From positions 30,001 to 62,000 of the forward strand of contig NZ_CP065581.1 in assembly GCF_018389705.1 (NCBI RefSeq): a DNA stretch of 32,000 nt, written 5' to 3'. The DNA is from Mycoplasma mycoides subsp. capri. GTDB lineage: Bacteria; Bacillota_I; Bacilli_A; Mycoplasmatales; Mycoplasmataceae. Of the stretch, positions 1-8,683 are shown one piece after another. The notes under the pieces are model-generated. The model ran no database searches and was not told where the DNA came from. It saw only the letters and a list, made by a program, of their open reading frames with translations. The translations under genes and the position numbers were made by a program. Position 1 is the stretch's first letter. Each line of letters starts with the position of its first letter.

Positions 1-662
1 AAACTACATCCTCTTTTTAAAGGAACTTTATTAATATAGTATTGTTTAACTTCACTTTCTTTAATATTTAGTTTTTTAGCATATTGTGGGATTAAGCTTT
101 CAAACATTTCTGAATCTAAAAGATTACCTAACATCAGTGAGTTAACTCTAATATTATGTTCAGCTAAATCTAAAGCTAGACTTTGAGTTAATCCAACTCC
201 ACCAAATTTAGCTGCTGAATAGCCTGAATTATATTTAGAACCAACTCTTCCTGATTTTGAATTAATTTGAATTATATTACCTTTTGTATTGTTTTTAATC
301 ATTATTTTTGCTGCTTGTTTTGCTGTTAAAAAATATCCATCTAAATTAATTTTTAGACTTGTAATAAAGTCTTGATATTCAAATGAAGTAATTTTTGTTG
401 ATTTTGCTCATCCTGCATTATAAACTAATGTATCAATTGTTTTGTATTTACTTTCAATTTGTTCAAAAACATTAATTACATCTTTTTCATTGGTTAAATC
501 ACATACAAAAGTATCTATTTGTTGATTTTCTTCTTTTAATTGATCAAGCTTTTCTTTATTTAAATCTAAAACAACAACTTGATAATTATTTTTATCAAGA
601 CCAAGTGCTAGAAATTTACCTAAACTTTTAGCTCCACCTGCAACAATAGCAACTTTTTTCAT
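1..662 (-). CDS. srlD: Sorbitol-6-phosphate 2-dehydrogenase-like short-chain dehydrogenase (3' end cut by window edge)
   Basis: ATG at 662. N-terminal MKKVAIVAGGAKSLGKFLALGL nucleotide-binding motif, then NAG, and after a TGA(Trp) NSKSGRVGSKYNSGYSAAKFGGVGLTQSLALDLAEHNIRVNSLMLGNLLKSEMFESLIPQYAKKL, which closely matches the E. coli SrlD sequence as recalled. Confidence 0.85.
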
Positions 663-2221
663 TATTTTTCTTCCTTAGTTTTTTGTTGTTTATTTTCAAT
701 TAATTTATATAAATCATCGTATGTATTTTTACCAATAAATTGTTCAACAGGATATATTAAAGCGTTTGGAGCTTTTTGAGACGCAAAATCTTTAAAACTT
801 TTCATAGTTATAACAACATCATATTCATCTTTTAAATCTTTAACTGCTATATTTGATACTTGAATATCATAATTATTGTTATTAACTCATTTTCTAATTA
901 AACCAGCAGCCATTGCAGAAGATCCTACTCCTGCTTCACAACAAACAACAATTTTTTTAATATTGTTATTATTTTTTATTGTTTTTTGATCTGAGTCTTG
1001 TTCATTAAATTCAATACCTTCATCAGTGATTTTAAATCCTTGATTTGATTCAGATTGTAGATTTTTTCTATTTTTTAATAACAATAAAACACTAACTCCA
1101 AATGCTATTAATGTACCAACAACAAATGCTAATAAATTAATTAATAAAGCATGTGTTCCATTAGATAAAGCAATTAGTGAAATTAAACTACCTGGACTTG
1201 GAGTTCCTATAGTTCCTCCTCCTAAATAAGAAGTAATAAATTGTGCACCAACTACACCTAACATTGTAGCTAATAGCATTTTTGGTTTTTTAATAATAAA
1301 TACAAAATATACTTCATGAATTCCACCAATTGTATGAATTAGTGAACTAGCAGCTGCATTATATCTATCTTCTTTTTTAGTAAAAATAATATAAGCTAAT
1401 AATAAGCCTAAACCAGGACCAGGATTTGGATCATATAAGAAAAAGATTGATCTAGGATTTGCAACTCCATTTGATCTTTGAATTTGAATTTCATTATAAC
1501 CAATAGGTCCTAAAACACCATGATTTAAAGCATTATTTAAAAATGATACTTTAATTGGTTCAGTAAAAAAACCTAATAAAGGAGCAACTCATTTATTATC
1601 ACCAAATAATTTAATAATTGAGATCATTACAAAAGTAATACCTCACATTATTCATCCTCAGCTTCAAAATACAGCTAAACCTAATAATATAGCATAAATT
1701 GCTAATCCAAAATTTTTAACTAGCATTTCTAGGCCTGGATTAATTTTATGTAAATATAATTTTTCTACTTTTTTTAAAAATAATGCTGATAAAGGTCCAA
1801 CTATCATAGCACCAATAAATTGGTTTGGTGAACCAGGATGAACCCATTTATCTCCTACTTTTTGTCAAATATAATGACTATAAATATGATCAGTACCAGT
1901 GATTGTTGCAACTATAATAAAAGTTGCAATCATTCCACCTCTTAAACCATAAACTAATCTACCGCCATTAAATGCAATTAATATTGGTAAAAGTCATTTA
2001 ATTCCTGGTTCAACTAATCTTCCTAACATTGGTACATCAAATCAACCTAGTTTTTTATTATGATCAAAATCATATAAAAACATAGCTGTTCAAAGTCCTC
2101 AAGCTAGTAGAACACCAATTGATGGCATAATCATACCAGCCATAAAAGACCCAGTTTTTTGAACTTTAAGTTTAAATTTATTTGCTCATTCTTTGTGAGT
2201 CATCTGAACTTTTGAATTCAT
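662..2221 (-). CDS. mtlA: PTS mannitol-family transporter, IICB (EIIC + EIIB; no IIA domain)
   Basis: ORF with TGA=Trp from ATG 2221 to TAA 664-662. Contains MAGMIMPSIGVLLAWG, SFLNNALNHGVLGPIG, SIFFLYDPNPGPGLGLLLAY, GGIHEVYF and the IIB phosphocysteine region KKIVVCCEAGVGSSAMAAGLIRK. SD AGGAGG upstream (2231-2237). The stop overlaps the start of the downstream srlD-like gene. Confidence 0.88.
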
Positions 2222-2256
2222 CAAACATTCGCCTCCTGAAATTATATTAACTCAGG

Positions 2257-2292
2257 TTGTAAATATTTACAATATGTTGTAAATATTTTTAC
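2257..2292. promoter_or_regulatory. 16-nt perfect palindrome TTGTAAATATTTACAA plus a direct half-repeat TTGTAAATATTTTTA; candidate operator of the PTS operon
   Basis: TTGTAAATATTTACAA at 2257-2272 equals its own reverse complement. A second copy, TTGTAAATATTTTTA, starts at 2277. Located directly upstream of the mtlA-like start. Confidence 0.5.
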
Positions 2293-2311
2293 ATCAGAAA
2301 ATTATTAAAAT

Positions 2312-2331
2312 AAAAAAGCGCTTTTGGCGCT
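2312..2331 (-). terminator. Intrinsic terminator of the minus-strand regulator gene
   Basis: On the minus strand AGCGC-CAAAA-GCGCT followed by TTTTT. Confidence 0.7.
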
Positions 2332-2337
2332 GCTATT

Positions 2338-2439
2338 ATATCTTTATTATATCTATATTATATCTTTAGACAAATGTATTATATCAATAATATATCTTAT
2401 TATTTCTTTATTATATCCTTATTATATCTTTAATATATC
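2338..2439. repeat. Helically phased ATATC (GATAT) box array, 8 boxes
   Basis: ATATC begins at 2338, 2349, 2360, 2381, 2392, 2413, 2424 and 2435, giving spacings 11,11,21,11,21,11,11. Confidence 0.75.
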
Positions 2440-2492
2440 TTATTATTACGTTTATTTTTTTTAAGATATACAAATGATATATAAAAAAGATA

Positions 2493-3875
2493 TTACTTGT
2501 CAATGCGTACTCAGTAACCTGTTTTATTTGAACCAACTCTTTTTAATATATTCTTTTTAACTAATTTACTAACTGCTCTTTGCATTGTTATTCAAGCCAT
2601 GTCAAACTCATCAGCTAATTCTGCTAATGATGAAATTTTTTCATTTTTATCACAATAGTTTAAAATATTTTCTTCTAAAGAAGTTAAGTTCATATTTTTT
2701 ACTATATTTTTATTTTCAAATTCTATATTTTTACTATTTTCATGAACACTTAAAAATTCATTATCAGTTTTTTTTCTATAAAAACTAAAAGTGAAACCAA
2801 AATTTGAAATATCATATGAGTATTTAATATTATTTTTTTCACATAAACTAAATACAGTTTGAAAACCTGTTCCAAAATTTTCTACAAGGTTATTTCTATA
2901 TAATGTAGTAGCTATAAGTGGATTCATTGGTTTTGATGAAATTTTACCTTCAGCGAAATTTGCTGGAATAGTATTTAATGGAAAATGACCAGGATTATAA
3001 ATTCTTACTTCACTTGGAAAAATAGATATTTCGTTATAATCACCACTAGTTATTCTCATATGAACAAAACTATTAACTACAATTTCACGAATTGCCTTAA
3101 CTGGAATTTCTGGGCGAGGCACTCTTCTTAAATCTTCATAAACATAAACTTGATTTATGTTTTTTAATATGTATTCAATAGATCTATTAATGCATTCAAA
3201 AATATTTCCTTCAAATCTAATATTATCAATTAGAGTTATTCTTTCATCTGTTAAAAATTTTCCTAGCTTTACAGTTATCGGTTTATTTTTTGAAAATAAA
3301 TAATAACCAGCATTATTTAATCTATTGTTTTCCATCAAGTCTAATCTTATTAAGGATTCCTTGACTGAATTAAAAAGATGAGGAAACTTTCCTAAATCAT
3401 ATGCTTTTCTTACATAGTTAATTAAAAGTTGTTCATCAACTTCATCTTCACCATATTTTGTTAATTCTTTTTCTCAAGTTAAGTTAGTAAATTCATTAGT
3501 TTGAAATAGTTTTCTAAGTTCATTATTATCAATAACTTGATCTTGTTCATCAACTCTTGTGTAATATTTTCCATATGCTGAATATGGTCTTTCAGTACCA
3601 TTTACTTCTACAGAAATATAATTTAGGTTGTTTTCTTTTAAAACAACAATATTAGGATATATATTTGGCTTTATATGATTTTTTATTTCATTTGCAATAT
3701 CAGTTGTTGATGTTTTTCCAATTTGTTGACCAACAATTGTTCCATCGTTTTTAACTCCAAAGTAAACAGATCCACGGCCACTTTTATTTAACATTCCACA
3801 CAATGAAATCACAGCTTCTTTTAGTTCTGCTGTACTTTTTTTAAATTCTACTTGTTCACCTTCTCTGCCAAACAT
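2493..3875 (-). CDS. AlbA_2 (Schlafen-like) N-terminal, AAA_4-like central and winged-helix C-terminal transcriptional regulator
   Basis: ORF fragments 2592-3338 and 3474-3875 are in one frame and joined by TGA(Trp). N-terminal VEFKKSTAELKEAVISLCGMLNKSGRGSVYFGVKNDGTIVG; later LRRVPRPEIPVKAIREIVVNSFVHMRI and NLVENFGTGFQTV; C-terminal HTH-like IITMQRAVSKLVKKNILKRVG. Stop TAA 2495-2493. Confidence 0.8.
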
Positions 3876-3920
3876 ATATAACCTACCCCTTAAATTATCT
3901 ATTTTAATAAAGAATTTATT

Positions 3921-4053
3921 ATATCACTATTATATCTTTAATATATCTTTATTATATCATCTATATCTCCATTATATCTTTAATATATCTATAAATAGTC
4001 TTATTATATCTTTATTGTATCTTATTATATCACTATTATATCTTTATTATATC
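3921..4053. repeat. Helically phased ATATC (minus: GATATAATAAA) box array, 13 boxes including two one-base variants
   Basis: Box starts 3921, 3932, 3943, 3954, 3963, 3974, 3985, 3996 (variant ATAGTC), 4006, 4017 (variant GTATC), 4027, 4038, 4049; mean spacing about 10.7 nt. Confidence 0.8.
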
Positions 4054-4235
4054 ATCTTAATATTATTAAAAGAATTAGTAAAACATTGCCAAAAAGCCTT
4101 TTTAAAAAATATATAGCATATTTTAAAAGCTTGTGATAAACTAAAATTGCTGGCAACAGCAAACTTTGATATTAATCTTTGTTTTTAAAAGGTTATTATA
4201 CTATTTAGCTAAAGTCTGATTTATTAAACATGCAA

Positions 4236-4261
4236 AAAAGCTGCCTTTATGGCAGCTTTTT
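4236..4261 (-). terminator. Intrinsic terminator of the rpsF-ssb-rpsR operon (symmetrical, could act on both strands)
   Basis: AAAAGCTGCC-TTTAT-GGCAGCTTTT hairpin flanked by A/T runs. Confidence 0.8.
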
Positions 4262-4282
4262 GCTTTATATTATTTTATTAAA

Positions 4283-4510
4283 TTATTCAATTACGTATGG
4301 TAATAAAGCCATTTGACGAGCTCTTTTAATTGCTAAAGCTAGTTGTCTTTGATCTTTTGGAGAAGTTCCTGTAATTCTTCTTGGTAAAATTTGACCATTA
4401 GGTGAAATGAATTTTTTTAGTAATTCAATATCTTTGTAGTCGATGTATTTAATATTGTTTTTTTGGAAAAAATTAACTTTTTTTCTTTTTTTAATTTTTT
4501 TAACTTGCAT
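4283..4510 (-). CDS. rpsR: 30S ribosomal protein S18
   Basis: 75 aa; [49 protein letters not shown]. Confidence 0.97.
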   Translation of the reverse strand: MQVKKIKKRKKVNFFQKNNIKYIDYKDIELLKKFISPNGQILPRRITGTSPKDQRQLALAIKRARQMALLPYVIE

Positions 4511-4535
4511 GAAAACTATACCTTTCTACTTATTC

Positions 4536-4970
4536 TCATAAAATTGAAAGTTCATCATCATCTGAAACTACTAAATCATCAAATGATGAATCGCTATTTT
4601 GTTGAGTAGGTTGGTTAGGTGTGAAATTATCGTTTTGTTCAGTTGTCATATTATTTCTATTTTTAGATGGTTCTAAGAAATTAACTCTTTCAGCTAATAC
4701 ATTTACAATTGTTTCAAATTTACCATCAGGTGTTTGATTGTTTCTAGTTGTAATTCTTCCTTCAACTGAAATTAAACTTCCTTTTGATAAATACTTAACC
4801 ATATTTTCAGCAGTTCTATCAAATGCAGAACAAGGTATATAATTAGTTTTTTCTTCTTTAGTTGAAAATTCAGAAACAGCAACTGTAAAAAAAACAAACT
4901 TAGATCCGTTTTTTGCTACTCTTAATTCTAAATCTCTTGTAATTCTACCTACCAAATTTACTCTATTCAT
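4536..4970 (-). CDS. ssb: Single-stranded DNA-binding protein
   Basis: 144 aa; MNRVNLVGRITRDLELRVAKNGSKFVFFTVAVSE...NYIPCSAFDRTAENMVKYLSKGSLISVEGRI, acidic tail DDDELSIL; sits between rpsF and rpsR. Confidence 0.97.
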   Translation of the reverse strand: MNRVNLVGRITRDLELRVAKNGSKFVFFTVAVSEFSTKEEKTNYIPCSAFDRTAENMVKYLSKGSLISVEGRITTRNNQTPDGKFETIVNVLAERVNFLEPSKNRNNMTTEQNDNFTPNQPTQQNSDSSFDDLVVSDDDELSIL

Positions 4971-4981
4971 AATTTCCTTAA

Positions 4982-5395
4982 TTATTTGCTTTCTTTTACA
5001 GCGGCTTCTTCTCTTTTAATAAATGGCTTTCTAAAGTTTTTCTTTTCACGTTGTTCTTCTTCATATTTAGTCATATCAGTTTTTGAAAGAACAACTGATT
5101 GTTCATAATTTTGGATATTTTCTGTATTTAAAACTAGTGTTCTAACAACGTTTTTATCAATTTTTGCAATACGTTCAAATTCTTTAATTGCTTGAGTTGT
5201 AGCTTCAACAATAACTACATGATAAAAACCTTTTTTCTTATGATTGATTTCATAAGTAAAATCTAATAAACCTAAATCATTAGATTCTAGAATTTTTCCA
5301 TTTTCAGCTAAAATAGCATCTAATTTAGTCACTAATTCTTTTGTATCTTTTACATCTTGATCCAAAATATACATTACTTCATATTTTTTAATCAT
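4982..5395 (-). CDS. rpsF: 30S ribosomal protein S6
   Basis: 137 aa; KKYEVMYILDQDVKD... with canonical rpsF-ssb-rpsR order. Confidence 0.95.
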   Translation of the reverse strand: MIKKYEVMYILDQDVKDTKELVTKLDAILAENGKILESNDLGLLDFTYEINHKKKGFYHVVIVEATTQAIKEFERIAKIDKNVVRTLVLNTENIQNYEQSVVLSKTDMTKYEEEQREKKNFRKPFIKREEAAVKESK

Positions 5396-5406
5396 TTAGA
5401 TTATTC

Positions 5407-5441
5407 CTCCTTATGGTCTTTTGGGCTAAACAGCCAAGGAG
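5407..5441 (-). promoter_or_regulatory. rpsF leader hairpin that pairs the Shine-Dalgarno with an upstream anti-SD; candidate S6:S18 autoregulatory element
   Basis: Minus strand CTCCTT-GGCT-GTTT-AGCC-CAAAAGACCAT-AAGGAG. The inner stem GGCT/AGCC stacks on CTCCTT/AAGGAG, which contains the rpsF SD. Confidence 0.5.
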
Positions 5442-5554
5442 CTAATTACTTTAAATTAACTCATATGAATTATATAAAAAACATACTACTAATACAACTT
5501 AAAAACATAAACAAGAATATAATTATAACTAAAATATTTTAATTAGAAAATAAA

Positions 5555-5579
5555 AAATATCAGATACTATCTGATATTT
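5555..5579 (-). terminator. Intrinsic terminator of the cold-shock gene
   Basis: AAATATCAGAT-ACT-ATCTGATATTT with T-run on the minus strand. Confidence 0.7.
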
Positions 5580-5599
5580 GATTAACTATTGATAAATAA

Positions 5600-5809
5600 C
5601 TATTTATTTGTGATTGAAACGTTAAAAGCTTCTAGTCCTTTTATACCCTTATTTAATTCATAAGTTACTTTTTGACCTTGTTCTAAAGTTTTATAACCGT
5701 TTACATTAATATTTGAAAAATAAACAAAAACATCTTTATTATCAGAATCATTAGTTATAAAACCAAAACCTTTTTCATCGTTAAATCATTTAACTATACC
5801 AGTGTTCAT
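5600..5809 (-). CDS. Cold-shock domain protein (69 aa)
   Basis: [75 protein letters not shown] RNP1-like motif. Missing from the ORF track because of its size and TGA(Trp). Confidence 0.9.
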
Positions 5810-5995
5810 ATTACCTCCAATCTAAATTATTAATAGATCGAGTAATACAACTTAAATCTTTTTTAATAATATCTTGATTATACATTAAATAATAAATTAT
5901 ACTAGTAATAAAATATAAGTTAGGAACAATTATTAAGTTAATAATTAACTAACAAATTATTGATATTAACTATAAAATAACAATAGGGGTAAAAC

Positions 5996-6598
5996 ATGAG
6001 TAAAGTTCTTGTTTTAAAAACAACTGCTCAAGCAGATGAAGTATCTAATTCTGTTGCTTTAACTAATAGATTTTTAGAAGAATATAAAAAATTTAACCCA
6101 GATGACGAAATTATTATTGTTGATTTAAATAAAGATGAAGTTGGAACTAGTATTTTAACTTCAGAAACATTTTCAACTTTTTATCAACAAGAAGTTACTA
6201 AAAAATATATTAATTTATTAAAAAGTGTAGATAAATTAGTTATTGCTTGTCCAATGTATAATTTTTCAACTCCAGTAACATTAAAATCATTTATTGATCA
6301 CGTTTCAGTTGCTAATGAAACATTTTCATACAAATACTCTAAAAAAGGAGATGCAATTGGTTTAATTACTAATTTAAAAGCTCAAATTTTAGGAGTTCAA
6401 GGAGCACCATTAGGATGATATCCTTGAGGTCAACACACTCAATATGTTGAAGGTGCTATGAGATTTTTAGGAATTGAATTTAACAAAACTGTTTTACTAG
6501 CAGGAGTAAAAGTAGCTCCACTATTACAATTAACTCCAGAACAAAGAGTAGAAACAATTATTGATGAAGTTATAGAAGCTGCTAGAACTTTTTAATAA
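5996..6598 (+). CDS. azoR: FMN-dependent NADH-azoreductase / NAD(P)H dehydrogenase, flavodoxin-like fold
   Basis: [31 protein letters not shown]...[25 protein letters not shown]...[26 protein letters not shown]; 200 aa with TGA=Trp. Confidence 0.8.
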
Positions 6599-6606
6599 TA
6601 AAAAAC

Positions 6607-6633
6607 AAAATGCACCAGGTGGTGCATTTTTTT
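6607..6633 (+). terminator. Intrinsic terminator after the azoreductase gene
   Basis: ATGCACC-AGGT-GGTGCAT followed by a T-run. Confidence 0.8.
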
Positions 6634-7666
6634 ATGATCATTCAATAGTTTGTGGATCTGCTGGGTTTGGATTATGTTCTAAATTATCAATAATTCCGTT
6701 TTTAATATGAATTACAGTGTTTGCAATTTTTGCAATGTTTGGGTTGTGAGTAACTACAATAACAGTAGTTTTATACTCTTTATTAACTTTAACTAAAATT
6801 TCAAGAACCTTACGTCCCATTTCTTCATCTAATGCCCCAGTTGGTTCATCAGCAAATAAAATATCAGGATTTTTAGCTAGAGCTCTTGCTATTGAAACAC
6901 GTTGTTGTTGTCCTCCTGACATTTGGTGAGGATATTTATGCATTTGATCTTTCATACCAATTGTTTCAAAAATTTCATCAATTGACATTCCATTTTTTTT
7001 ACTTGAAAGATTTTCTCCAACTTCAGCGTTTTCTTTAGCAGTTAAATTAGTTAATAAATTATATTGTTGAAAAACAAAACCAACAGTTCTTCTTCTAAAC
7101 TTAGTCATATGAGAGTCTTTTAGTAAAGAAAGATTTGATCCTAAAACAAAAACATCTCCTTGACTAGCTTTATCTAGACCTGAAATAATATTTAAAAAAG
7201 TAGTTTTTCCAGATCCAGAAGGACCTAAAATAACAATAAAGTCTGATTTGTCTAACTTAATATCAATTCCTTTTAAAACAGGAGTTTCTAGATCACCAGT
7301 AATATAAGATTTTTGAACATTTTTTAATTCTATAATGTGTTTATCTAAATTTGGTTTATAGTTTTGAGTTGTGATTATATGTCCTTTATTTAAAATGTCT
7401 TTTGAATATTTATTAGTTAGTTGTTTTTGAAGTTTTTGTTTTTGTTTTAATCCTTTAATACCTGGTTCAAATTTTTGATCATTTGGAATAACAATATATT
7501 CTCTTTGATCCATTTGTTCTAATAAAACAGGTTCTGATTTGATAGTTTTAGTTTTTTTAGGTTTTTTTGATGATTTTATTTCTTCAAAATCAGGGTCTTT
7601 TTTACTAATTGGTTGGATTTGTTCAATGTTAATAGACACTTCAGTATTTTTCTTGTCTTTAGCCAT
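6632..7666 (-). CDS. ABC transporter ATP-binding protein (MacB/LolD-like) with ~100-aa N-terminal extension
   Basis: Walker A GPSGSGKTTFLN, signature MSGGQQQRVSIARALAKNPDILFADEPTGALD. The ORF runs through one TGA(Trp) to TAA at 6634-6632. Confidence 0.9.
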
Positions 7667-7713
7667 AATTACCCTCTTTATAAAACAATAATTCTAATAG
7701 ATTTTAACATAAT

Positions 7714-8580
7714 TTAATTTAATAATGTTATCACGTCTTGTATCTGTATTTGGTATTTTTGATTACAAAAATCACATACAACTTCTACAGGTTTATTATC
7801 TTTAATAATATCTTTTAAATCATTTTGGTTTAAAAGATTTAATGTTGATAAAACTTTTTGATAAGAACAAGTACATTCAAAACTAATTGTTGATTGATCT
7901 AAAATAGTTGCATCATTATCAATTTCTTTAACAATAGCATAATAATTAGTTGACTTAACTAGTACATCTTTAACATAACTTGTATTACCTAATTTTTGTG
8001 AAATATAGTCTAAATCTTCTTTTGTATGATTTGGAAGCATTTCAACTAAAATTCCAACTACTTTTTTAATTTCTAAATTATCATCAAATTTTACTTCAGT
8101 TGTTATAAATGATTTAGTTTGATTTGATTGATTAAAATACTTCATAAAATCATAGTCAATATTTCCATATTCAATTTCTATATTTGAAACATATGGTTCT
8201 TTTAAATTTAAATCTCTACTTACTATTAAATCACCTTTATTAGAAGCAATTAAACAAATAATTTCGTTAAGATCTTTATTATTAAAATTGTCAATATTTA
8301 CATTTTTATTTTGTATATAAGCTCTAATTTTACTATCATGATATTCAGCTATCATAGTTTTAGTTAAAGAAGCGGGTGCATTTCAATTAACATAAGTTTT
8401 TTCTTTATTTTTAAACTGCATTCCAATTAAAGTTGAACAACAAACAAACTTAGAAAAAACCATATTAGCTAATGTGTTTGATTGTTGTAAATCTGTAATT
8501 TCTTTTATTGTTTCAGAAATATCAACTATTGAAATTCTTAAGTTATGTTTATTACTAATTGCTCTTATTTTTAGATCCAT
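7714..8580 (-). CDS. hslO: Hsp33 redox chaperone
   Basis: ORF fragments 7714-8355 and 8383-8580 are in one frame joined by TGA(Trp) (NW NAPASLTK). C-terminal Cys pairs CTC...CDFC typical of the Hsp33 zinc site. Confidence 0.88.
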
Positions 8581-8661
8581 AAAAACACCTTCTAACTAAT
8601 AAATTATACCAAAACCATTATATTGACTTATAGAAAAAATAAAGTAGTTTATAACTATAAA

Positions 8662-8683
8662 AAAACAGCTTTAAGCTGTTTTG
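8662..8683 (-). terminator. Intrinsic terminator containing the stop codon of the upstream CDS
   Basis: Minus strand AAAACAGCTTAAAGCTGTTTTTTT. The TAA stop lies at the hairpin centre; an identical copy is at 11944-11966. Confidence 0.7.

Noticed and set aside
2585-2788. Plus-strand 67-aa Phe-rich ORF, and similar 5357-5542
   Set aside because: Phe/Leu/Ile-rich translations opposite real genes or in leader DNA; no RBS or family signal seen.
2493-3875. Regulator appears as two broken ORFs in the track (possible pseudogene)
   Set aside because: Fragments share one frame and are separated only by TGA, which encodes Trp in Mollicutes; the same pattern holds for hslO, ftsH, tilS and others.
3921-4053. 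Regular short repeats suggesting a CRISPR array
   Set aside because: Unit is only ~11 nt with no 20-40 nt spacers and no cas-like genes in the window.
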